Origin: Octopus sinensis
Taxonomy: Eukaryota
DNA: 64,000 nt
NCBI RefSeq assembly: GCF_006345805.1
Contig: NC_043025.1
Location: 1,054,001 to 1,118,000, forward strand
Direction of reading: 5' to 3'
Shown: positions 38,101-49,278 of the stretch, piece after piece
How positions within the stretch are numbered: the first letter of the stretch is position 1
How the letters are laid out: every line of letters begins with the position of its first letter
The notes under the pieces: generated by a model
The model's input: the letters and a program-made list of their open reading frames with translations, nothing else
What the model was told of the DNA's origin: nothing
The model's database searches: none
Program-made: the position numbers and the translations under genes

Positions 38101-40315
38101 ATTCGCCAACACTACACCTGATTTTCTCCCCTCCATACACACACAAGCATGGAACAAACTGCCGGCATCAGTTGTTAATTGTCTGAGTACTGCATCCTTC
38201 AAAACTTTCATGCATTCTGAGATTCGCCAACACTACACCTGATTTTCTCCCCTCCATACACACACAAGCATGGAACAACCTGCCGGCATCAGTTGTTAAT
38301 TGTCTGAGCACCGCATCCTTCAAAACTTCCATGCTTTCTGAGATTCGCCAACACTACACCTGATTTTCTCCCCTCCATACACACACAAGCATGGAACAAC
38401 CTGCCGGCATCAGTTGTTAATTGTCTGAGCACCGCATCCTTCAAACCTTCCATGCTTTCTGAGATTCGCCACACTACAACATGATTTTCTCCCCTCCATA
38501 CAGACACAAGCATGGAACAAACTGCCGGCATCAGTTGTTAGTTGTCGGAGCACACTGCATCCTTCAAAACTTTCATGCTTTCTGAGATTCGCCAACACTA
38601 CACCTGATTTTCTCCCCTCCATACAGACACAAGCATGGAACAAACTGCCGGCATCAGTTGTTAGTTGTCGGAGCACTGCATCCTTCAAAACTTTCATGCT
38701 TTCTGAGATTCGCCAACACTACACCTGATTTTCTCCCCCTCCATACACACACAAGCATGGAACAACTGCCGGCATCAGTTGTTAGTTGTCGGAGCACCGC
38801 ATCCTTCAAAACTTCCATGCTTTCTGAGATTCGCCAACACTACAACTGATTTTCTCTCCCCCCATACACACACAAGCATGGAACAAACTGCCGGCATCAG
38901 TTGTTAGTTGTCGGAGCACCGCATCCTTCAAAACTTCCATGCTTTCTGAGATTCGCCAACACTACACCTGATTTTCTCCCCTCCATACACACACAAGCAT
39001 GGAACAAACTGCTGGCATCAGTTGTTAGTTGTCGGAGCACTGCCTCCTTCAAAACTGTCATGCTTTCTCAGATTCGCCAACACTACACCAGATTTTCTCC
39101 CCTCCATACACACGCAAGCATGGAACAAACTGCTGGCATCAGTTGTTAATTGTCTGAGCACTGCATCCTTCAAAACTTTCATGCATTCTGAGATTCGCCA
39201 ACACTACACCTGATTTTCTCCCCTCCATACACACACAAGCATGGAACAACCTGCCGGCATCAGTTATTAATTGTCTGAGCACTGCATCCTTCAAAACTTC
39301 CATGCTTTCTGAGATTCGCCAACACTACACCTGATTTTCTCCCCTCCATACACACACAAGCATGGAACAAACTGCCGGCATCAGTTGTTAGTTGTCGGAG
39401 CACTGCATCCTTCAAAACTTCCATGCTTCCTGAGATTCGCCAACACTACACCTGATTTTCTCCCCTCCATACAGACACAAGCATGGAACAACTTGCCGGC
39501 ATCAGTTGTTAATTGTCGGAGCACTGCATCCTTCAAAACTTCCATGCTTCCTGAGATTCGCCAACACTACACCTGATTTTCTCCCCTTCATACACACACA
39601 AGCATGGAACAAACTGCCGGCATCAGTTGTTAGTTGTCGGAGCACTGCATCCTTCAAAACTTCCATGCTTCCTGAGATTCGCTAACACTACAACTTATTT
39701 TCTCCCCTCCATACACACACAAGCATGGAACAAACTGCCGGCATCAGTTGTTAATTGTCGGAGCACTGCATCCTTCAAAACTTCCATGCTTCCTGAGATT
39801 CACCAACACTACACTTGATTTTCTCCCATCCATACACACACAAGCATGGAACAAACTGACGGCATCAGTTGTTAGTTGTCGGAGCACTGCATCCTTCAAA
39901 ACTTCCATGCTTCCTGAGATTCGCCAACACTACACCTGATTTTCTCCCCTCCATACACACACAAGCATGGAACAAACTGCCGGCATCAGTTGTTAGTTGT
40001 CGGAGCACTGCATCCTTCAAAACTTCCATGCTTCCTGAGATTCGCCAACACTACACCTGATCTTCTCCCCTCCATACACACGCTGAATCATGGAACAAAC
40101 TGCCGGTATCAGTTGTTAGTTGTCGGAGCACTGCATCCTTCAAAACGTCCATGCTTCCTGAGATTCGCCAACACTACACCTGATTTTCTCCCCTCCATAC
40201 ACACACAAGCATGGAACAAACTGCCGGCATCAGTTGTTATTTGTCGGAGCACTGCATCCTTCAAAACTTCCATGCTTCCTGAGATTCACCAACACTACAC
40301 CTGATTTTCTCCATA
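32187..40315 (+). repeat. Tandem satellite, ~67 x 121-bp units, derived from a CR1-like LINE 3' end
   Basis: Unit aagcatggaacaaactgccggcatcagttgtta.ttgtc.gagcactgcatccttcaaaactt.catgctt.ctgagattcgccaacactacacctgattttctcccctccatacacac.c. The first unit reads FFTLRVAEAWNKLPASVVNCLSTASFKT (CR1-like C-terminus). Confidence 0.95.
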
Positions 40316-40320
40316 CCCCC

Positions 40321-40703
40321 TAGACGACGCCGTGGTGATCTCATTCTTGCTCACAACATCATAAGCGGAAAGTGTAACCTCTCGAAAGAGCTGTTCTTCA
40401 CTCCTGATCCAGAGCGTAGGTTGTGGGGTCACTCCGAAAAGCTCTATCTGCGACGATCTCATCTCAGTCGAAGTAGAGGGTCTTTCTCCGTCCGGGATGC
40501 GGATCCGTGGAACAAGCTTCCGGACGAGATGGTGAAGATGCTGACGACCGCTCGGTTCAAAGTCTCCCTTGACCAGAAATGGCCTGAACTCTTTACATGA
40601 ACACCACCCTGTACATAACTCCATGTCCCCCCTACATGGCCTTGCTTTTTGCTTTTTGAGCCAAAAATGAACTAACTAACTAACTAACTAATTAACTAAC
40701 TAA
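40321..40703 (+). mobile_element. CR1-like LINE 3' terminal fragment with (TAAC)n tail
   Basis: RRRRGDLILAHNIISGK...GHSEKLY...FSVRDADPWNKLPDEMV...FKVSLDQKW, followed by aactaactaac. Confidence 0.85.
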
Positions 40704-41120
40704 TTACTACTACTACTAGTTACAGCAACATGAGAAGCCCTAGGAACAACTACCACCAAGACAATACCACTGATAGTACCAGTACTGCAACCAATACAAC
40801 AACAAACACTAACAAGATTCCCGGATTTACTGATTTGTTTTATTGTTAATTAAAATGAATTTTTTTCTAATTCAATAAAACAATTTTTTTACTAGAAAAT
40901 GTTTTTTCTTGTTTTTTTTTTTTACTTATTTCTGTGTAGCAATAAAGTACATTACGGAGATGTACTTGCATAGCAAGTGACCTGATCTGATATCGTGTGC
41001 TGGAACGAAAACAATTTCAGCATGGAAGGTGTTTATAAGCCATTTAAGAAACACACAAAAACCGTTAGATGTCCAAATATTTTCGTCGCTTTGAGACGGT
41101 GACCTGTTCACTGACAAAGC

Positions 41121-41173
<53 letters not shown>

Positions 41174-41230
41174 GAAATATTAAAATTACTAAGTCTCTCT
41201 AAAAGAGAACAACGGCAGCGTTCCCGGAAA

Positions 41231-41670
41231 ATAATAGTTATCGCCATACTAATATGGCATTCTTATAAAAATAAGAATAAAGCTGTCCGCTTATTAGCTC
41301 CATGAGGCCATCGCCTTAAGTTAGCTATTTGATACACAAACTGTATCCATATAACCTTCGAACAAGGGAGGTCAGTCGCTCCACACTACTTGGCCGGCAG
41401 CTACAGACGCGTTTCGGGGTATTGCCCCTTTTCAATGCAGCGTAGCCAAACCAGTAGGTGTCGCTTCCGACAATCTCTGTTCAAAGGTTTTATTTACCTA
41501 GCTTCGGTCAAGTAGTGTGGAGCGACTGACCTCCCTTGTTCGAAGGTTATATGGATACAGTTTGTGTATCAAATAGCTAACTTAAGGCGATGGCCTCATG
41601 GAGCTAATAAGCGGACAGCTTTATTCTTATTTTTATAAGAATGCCATATTAGTATGGCGATAACTATTAT
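41231..41670. mobile_element. Inverted-repeat element: 166-bp near-identical arms with a 108-bp spacer containing a mutated hammerhead
   Basis: Arms 41231-41396 and 41505-41670. Minus 41401-41440: CUGCA-UUGAAAA-GGGG caaua CCCC-GAAA-CGCG-UC-UGUAG. Confidence 0.85.
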
Positions 41671-41676
41671 TATATA

Positions 41677-41769
<93 letters not shown>

Positions 41770-41773
<4 letters not shown>

Positions 41774-42091
41774 ACGAGTGGGACCTCCGAAAACTGTACG
41801 GAATCCCTCAGACAGGCCCGACTCGATCAGCGAATATTCCCGCCACGGAAACTCGTCGGGGAGAGGAGAGGAGAGAGACACAACCGCAGCAAGGCAACCG
41901 AGACACAGAGATACAACCGGAGAGAGACACCAAAAGAGGCAAGGCAACAACTGGCAACACTGGCTTACATTCAACAACTAGTTTATATGACAATCAATGG
42001 TTACAACATCAAAGCATTTAAGGCAAACAACAAATCAATACATCATACGGGTATACCACAGATCAAAGCATTTAACAACATGCATGTAACA
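41770..42091. mobile_element. Possible solo LTR
   Basis: TGTTAC...GTAACA termini with ATAT on both sides. An alternative end TCGTAACA lies at 42291-42298. The TSD evidence is weak inside a TA tract. Confidence 0.35.
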
Positions 42092-42993
42092 ATATAACAG
42101 TCTGGAGACACAACAAGTCATATACAGTATTTCAAAGGTACACGTTACGTCACAGTCCAATCAGAACCCTATAATCGATACATTATACAATGTTCGTATC
42201 ACAACAATTCACGTTACAGTTCAAAGTTCATTATCGTCTACATCAGAGTCCTTCTTTTTCTCTCTTCTTTTCTCTTTCTTTTCTTTTACATCGTAACACG
42301 TATCAATACAATTAAATACCTTAATTCCTAATTGAATCGCCAGCGTCCCATTATTGCACCTCCATCTCTCCGTACCGCTAAATCCAGCCTGCCAAACTCC
42401 TGCATCCCATCGCTCGCTCCCAAGATTCTCTGACGACCGACTCCCACTGCCCCAAACCTCACTTCCTTGTCCTGACTTCCACTCCCTCATCTCCCTCTGT
42501 CTCTACCGCTTATAGCCTTTCTATCTGCTCTAAGATACCTTACTCTATCTCTATCGCCTGCTGCCTATCACCCTCTCATGACAGCTCTACCATACTCTCT
42601 GCCTGTCCTTCTCTGCCCCCTCATCCTCTCTCACTGCTAATTCTTCCTCACATCTGTCCCTTAGCCTTATACTCTATCTCTCTCACTACTTTTCTTCTCT
42701 CTGCCCCTCATCCTCTCTTACTGCCAATACCCTCTCTATCTGCTCTAAGATTCCTTACTCTATCTCTATCGCCTGCTGCCTATGTATATATATATATATA
42801 TATACATATGAAGCTTTGTCACGGTCGGAAAGTGAGGAAAAGATTTGAACAAATTCAATTGAAATGTTGAAGTGAATCTAACGGTTTTTGTGTGTTTCTT
42901 AAATCGCTTATAAACACCTTCCACGCTGCAATTATTTTCGTTCCAGCACACGATCTCAGATCAAGTCACTTGCTATGCAAGTACATCTCCGTA

Positions 42994-43069
<76 letters not shown>

Positions 43070-43278
43070 GAAGCTTTGTCAGTGAACAGGTCACGGTCGG
43101 AAAGTGACGAAAAGATTTGAACAAATTGAAATGAAATGTTGAAGTGAATCTAACGGTTTTTGTGTTTTTTTTAAATCGCTTATAAAATATAGTACATATG
43201 TTGTGTAATGTCTGTAGTACATAGTTTATGATGTATTTAGTATTTCCAAACAAGAATATTATTGACAGTGATGTATAT

Positions 43279-43314
<36 letters not shown>

Positions 43315-43319
<5 letters not shown>

Positions 43320-44130
43320 CACGTTTGTATGTCTGTTTATCCCCCGACACCGCTTGACAACCGGTGCTGGTGTGTTCATGTCCCCGTAACTTAGCGTTTC
43401 GTCAAAAGAGAAAATAGATTAAATACTAGGCCTACAAAAAATAAGTATTGGGTTCGAATTTCGCGAATAAAGGCGCTGCTGCGGCATGGAATATATATAT
43501 ATATATGTATATATATATACATATATATATATGTGTGTGTGTGTGTGTTTGTAATGTCTGTTTATTTCTCGAACATCGTTGGACAACGGGTGCTGGTGTG
43601 TACAATTCCCCGAACTTAGCGGTTCGGGAAAAGGGACCGATAGTTTAAATACTAGGCCTACAAAGTATAAGTCCTGGGGTCGATTTGCACGAATAAAGGC
43701 ATTGCTCCACCATGGCCGAAGTCAAATAATTGAAAAATTATGTGTGTAAAACAGAAAATAACCAGAAAAGTTTATATTCTCTTAACTACATCAGTAAGGG
43801 AGATAACTGAAAATCAACTTTTAGAGTTACTTCCCTTGACATATTGATAAAAGGCATGACAGTTTAAGATGTAGGAGCGTTTGTTTTTGATGCGAAGGGC
43901 ACACTTGCATTCGCGCAGGAAGATACAAACATACGCATGCAAATTTTCTGCTGTTCACTTTAACAAATAAACATTATAATTTACATTTAATTACACCCGA
44001 AAACTATGTAAAGTACTCACCATATCTAGTACTACCCTTTGGACACGATCAGGTTTTTATTTTGTTTTAGATAGTATATATGCGTATGTGGGTATATACA
44101 CGTGTATATGTATGAATGCATGTATTTCTG
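43315..44130 (+). repeat. Direct-repeat block duplicated at 62215-63030
   Basis: ORFs at 43448 and 62345 match; AT-rich downstream segment shared. Confidence 0.85.
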
Positions 44131-44220
44131 TATATAAATATATATATATATATATATATGTATTTATATATATATTCATAAATTTATAATTTTATATATA
44201 TATATGTAGGTATATACCTA

Positions 44221-44267
<47 letters not shown>

Positions 44268-44269
44268 TC

Positions 44270-45637
44270 AAAAATGGAAGATAAAATTCCTGGAGGACTG
44301 GATCGATGCCCATCCAAACCACATCCCTTTCTTCGTCCTCACTGAAACCCATCTTAGTGACCTCCACTTGGAAGCCGAGGTGAAAGTTAAAAATTTCAAA
44401 GCCATTCGTGCTGATCGTGCTGGCAGAAGAAAGGGTGGGACTGCCATTTATGTTCATGATTCATTCTCAACAGAAGCTATGAACATATTTTCCAATGGAT
44501 ACTGCGAAGCAGTCGCTATATTCAGTCAAACCAACAACTTAACAGTAGTTGGGCTCTACAGACCACCCCAAACGCCCCTACCATGCTTCAAGGAATGCCT
44601 CAACAACATAAAGTGTTTCATTCAGCAGTGTCAACCTGACAACATTTTAATGACGGGAGACTTCAACCTTCCCGGGGTTGACTGGTCTACAAACAGTCTG
44701 CCGCCAGGTTCTTCTCTCTCAACCCCTGACAGGGAGGCAGTGGAATCGCTTCTTGACTTCATGGATGATTTCTTCCTGTCCCAACTGGTGCTCGAACCAA
44801 CGAGATGTCACAAAAACGTCTTAGACTTAATTTTCAGCAATCACACTGATACTATCCACAATATTGCAGTGGAGGAAACTCTACTCTCCGACCATGACAT
44901 GGTTCTCTGTGATCTGAGATTTCACCGGCCAAAATGCAAAACAAATGTCATCCCTCCTGTTCATCCATTTGACACTATGGATTTCCACAATGCAAACTGG
45001 GAAGCGATCAATAATGATCTTGCACAAGTCGATTGGTCCTTCACGCGCACACACACACCCACTAACATCAAAAAGTCCTGGCAGTCATTTGTAGACACCA
45101 TTACGAACATATGTGCAAACCACACCCCATTAAGATCTGCAAACAAATCTAAGTGTCGAATCCCTAGAAATAGAAAATCTCTCATCAGGAAAATTAAAAG
45201 AATTAACAAAAAAAATCAACGAGCTGAAATACTGTCAACAGCAACACACCAACCTGACTGCCATCTCGTCGCTAGAGATTAAAAAACATAAACTCCAAAA
45301 CACCATTATGTCTATCATCAATAGTCAGCGAAGAGCTGAAGAGGCCTGGGCCATTGAGAAGATCAAACTCAATCCCAAAGTATTCTTTTCATTTGCAAAA
45401 ATACACAGAGTCACTGGTTCTACTGTTGGCCCTCTGATTGATGAAAATGGTACTCTTCAAGACAATGCCAAAACCATGGGAGAGATATTGCAGAAACAAT
45501 ACTGCTCTGTTTTCAGCAATCCTGATATGACTGATCTGGGCTGTATCAGTGATGTTACTCCCCAATACACTTTATCGGACATAACCTTTGGCGCTCCTGA
45601 TGTCTTAGCAGCAATAAAGGAAATGAAGCATAATACA
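44270..45637 (+). mobile_element. CR1-like LINE family A, endonuclease and linker
   Basis: VLTETHL, RADRAGRRKGGTAIYV, GLYRPP, MTGDFNLP, EPTR..VLDLIFSN, LSDHD. Confidence 0.9.
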
Positions 45638-48355
45638 TATTGCCCACCGGATGCCCCAAATCACACAGGCAAGTTTGAAGATTGCCTCACAATAATTAAA
45701 GAAATCCTCATGAATCTGGAACACCACATGACCATATTTCTTATCGGTGATTTCAACTTCCCCAACGTCAAATGGCCCGAAGGTCACATACTCTCAGGAA
45801 TGAATCATTGCAAGAAAGTAAAGGTGGAGCCCCTGCTCAACCTCACCAATGCCTTATTCATGGAGCAAATTGTACTGAAGCCAACTAGGGCGAATAACAT
45901 TCTGGATCTCTGCTTCACGAACAATATGGACATCATTCATGATGTGAAAGTGACACCGACATCAGTTTCAGATCACAACATAATAGAGCTGTCTATGTTT
46001 GGTCCAAAAGTGACCAGAGACATACAGCCTAAAGGAAGCACCTGAAATCTCTCCAATCTGAACTTCCACAAAGCAGATTAGAAATCGATCCAAAAAGAGA
46101 TCCCCAGAAAGGACTGGCCGGAATGTCTCTCCACACCAGACATTGACATGAAAGTAGAAGGTTTCATGTCTTCTGTGCAAGCCGTATGCCAGAAATATGT
46201 CCCAGAGCACAAGGCCAAAACAAATCGGAGCAAGATTCCAAGAGACAGGAAGATCCTCATGAGACGATGGACGAAGGTTGCAAATCGTCTCAACCAACAT
46301 CCCAAAAGTAGCGAAACATCCCGCCTAAAAACAACACTGATGGAGATCGAAAAAAGGCTGCAACAATCCTATGTGAAGGAGAAAGCAGACAAAGAAGCCT
46401 GGGTTATAAAAAATATTAAATCAAACCCAAAGGCCTTCTTTCATTACGAAAAAAAAAACAGTCTCAGTGCACTACAAGATAGGACCCCTCATCCAAAAGG
46501 ACGGCTCCCTCATAGACAGTTCAACTAAGATCAGTGAGATGCTGAATAACCAGTTCAAAAGTGTCTTTACCATCCGGTTGGAACACAGACAAGTGAATGA
46601 ACCAGTGGACTTCTTTGCCGCCTCAACTATAACCAGCGAGGCGGTTACAATAGAATGTATTGATATTAGCGAAAAAGATGTTCTACTAGCCATAGATGAA
46701 GTGGACACAAACTCAGCTGCTGGTCCAGATGGTTTCCCAGCCATCCTCCTCATAGCGTGTAAGCATGCCCTGGCAAAACCCCTCAAGATTCTCTTCCAGA
46801 GCTTTCTTGCGAATGACAAACTGCCAGGCAAGCTGAAGAGAGAGAATAATATGCCCAATACATAAAGGGGGAAGTAGAGCAGATACCCAAAACTATAGGC
46901 CTATCTCTCTGACTTCACACATCAGGAAAGTCATGGAACGGATAGTCAGAAAGAAACTAATCGCATTCCTTGAGGAAAATAACTTGTTGAGTGATACCCA
47001 GCATGGTTATCGACCAGTTAGGAGCTGCCTGACCCAGCTCTTACAACATTATGACTGGGTGTTGAGGCAGTTACTCAACAAATCAAATGTGGACGTAATC
47101 TACCTTGATTTTGCAAAAGCTTTTGACAAGGTGGATAATGGTATGATATGCCACAAACTGCGTGACCTCGACATAGCTGGAAAACTTGGAGTGTGGTTAC
47201 ATGACTTCCTGAAAGATAGGAGTCAGGCAGTAGTGTTTAATGGAGCCACCTCTATGAACACACAAATAGTGCGCGGTGTTCCACAGGGCACTGTCTTGGG
47301 ACCACTGCTTTTTATAGTGGCCCTCTCAGATATGCCCTCAAATGCCCGGATAGCCACTCTGGCCAGCTATGCAGACGACACGAAAGTCTCGCGGAAAATA
47401 CAGAACCCCAGCGATGTTGCACACCTGCAGCAGGAGTTGGACTCAATCTACAGATGGGCTGAGGATAATAATATACAGTTTAATGCTGAAAAATTCCAGG
47501 CCCTGCGCTACCAGCATCCAAACTGAATATTAAACTTACAGGATACACCGGTCTACAGGGAATTTCAATCCCAGAGCCTAAGTCTGTGAGGGACCTGGGT
47601 ATCGACATGAGTGATGATACCTCTTTCCAAGTGCACATTACCAGGATGGCGACAAAGTGCAGACGACTGGCTAACCCTAACCCCAACCCTAAGAACATCC
47701 AGAACCAGAGATAAGGAAACCATGATGGTCCTCTGGAGGACATTCGTCCTCTGCCGCCTGGATTACTGCTCACAACTATGGTCACCCACCAGTGTAAAAT
47801 TAACAGCGGACCTTGAAGCAATCCAGAGAAGATTCACAAAGAAGATCGTCTCTTTGCAACAGTTCAGCTACTGGGGAAGGTTGAAACAGCTAAGACTCTA
47901 CTCCCTGGAGAGAAGACGGGAGAGGTATGCAGTAATATATGTCTGGAAGATCCTGGAAGGAATTGTGTCAAATTTTGGCAATGTAAGCTACACCAATGCT
48001 AGAACGGGACGACACTGCATAGTGCCAAAGATCCCAGCAATGCCATCACGCTTCAGGACCAGCTTCTGCAACAGCCTGGGTTTCAAGGGCCCACAGCTTT
48101 TTAATATTCTCCCAAAGAGTCTGAGGAACTTGCACAAAGTAGATGTAGCGGTTTTTAAATCAAAGCTGGACATCTTCCTGCCGAGAGTCCCAGATGAACC
48201 TACCTCACGGCAAGAGGTGCAAATGAGAGTAGCAATATGAAACTCCATTCTTCACCAAGTGCCACATATTAGACGAGGTTCTTCACAATAACAGTGCAGC
48301 ACAAAACGGCGGTGCATCAGCATGGCCGCAGCTCTGAGCTGAAACAAGAGAAAAA
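45638..48355 (+). mobile_element. CR1-like LINE family B, 5'-truncated in EN, complete RT and 3' tail
   Basis: YCPPDA..IGDFNFP..PTRANNILDLCFTN..SDHN, RT motifs YLDFAKAFDKV/GVPQG/YADD, stop at 48240, then stem-loop tail. Confidence 0.92.
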
Positions 48356-48437
48356 ATATAAATATATAAGTATATATATATATATATATATAATATATAT
48401 ATATACATATACGTGTGTGTGCGTGTATGTATGTATG

Positions 48438-48471
<34 letters not shown>

Positions 48472-49098
48472 ATATATATACATAGTGTGTGTGTGTGTGT
48501 GTGTGTATGAATATATATATATATATATATATACGTTTGTTCGTCTATCCCTCCAACATCGCTTGACAACTGGTGCTGGTGCTTTCACGTCCCCGTAACT
48601 TAGCGGTTCTGGAAAAGAGACTGATCGATTAAATACTAGGCCTACAAAGTATAAGTCCTGGGGTTGATTTGCTCGAATAAAGGGCGCTGCTCCACCATGG
48701 CCACAGTCAAATAACTGAAAAAATGAAGTGAGTAAAATAGAAAATATCGACAAAAGTGTGTATTCTCTTAACTAATAATCATGAAAGTTTAATATGTAAG
48801 TGTGTTTGGTTTTCGCTTGCGGAGGACACACTTGCATTCGCACAGGAAGAGACAAACATACATATGCAACTTTTCTGCTGCTAACTTAAACGAATAAACA
48901 TTGACTAGCTTATAATTTACATTTAATTACACCCCACAACTATATAAATACTAACAATATCTAGTACTGCCCTTTGGACTTAATCAGGTTTCATTTTGTT
49001 TTAGTATAGTATATATGCGCATGTGGGTATCTATATATGTATATGTATGAATGTATGTATTTATATATATAATTTATATATGTAAATATGTATGTATG

Positions 49099-49140
<42 letters not shown>

Positions 49141-49278
49141 CATAATATATATATATATAGATATATATATATATTAATATATATGTATATGTGTATGTAT
49201 ATACGCATGTATGTATATATATAATATATATATATATATATTATATAATATATATATATAAATATATATTGTATATGT

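Larger units (their letters stand above)
40951..43185. repeat. Dispersed ~180-bp repeat in inverted arrangement (40951-41125 vs 42808-42995 and 43068-43185)
   Basis: attacggagatgtacttgcatagcaagtgac...aaaccgttagat...gacaaagcttcat and its reverse complements. Confidence 0.8.

Noticed and set aside
32187-40315. CRISPR array, or tandem genes from the repeated 63-aa ORFs
   Set aside because: Whole units repeat with no unique spacers, there are no cas genes and the context is eukaryotic. The ORFs are by-products of a 121-bp period that is not a multiple of 3.
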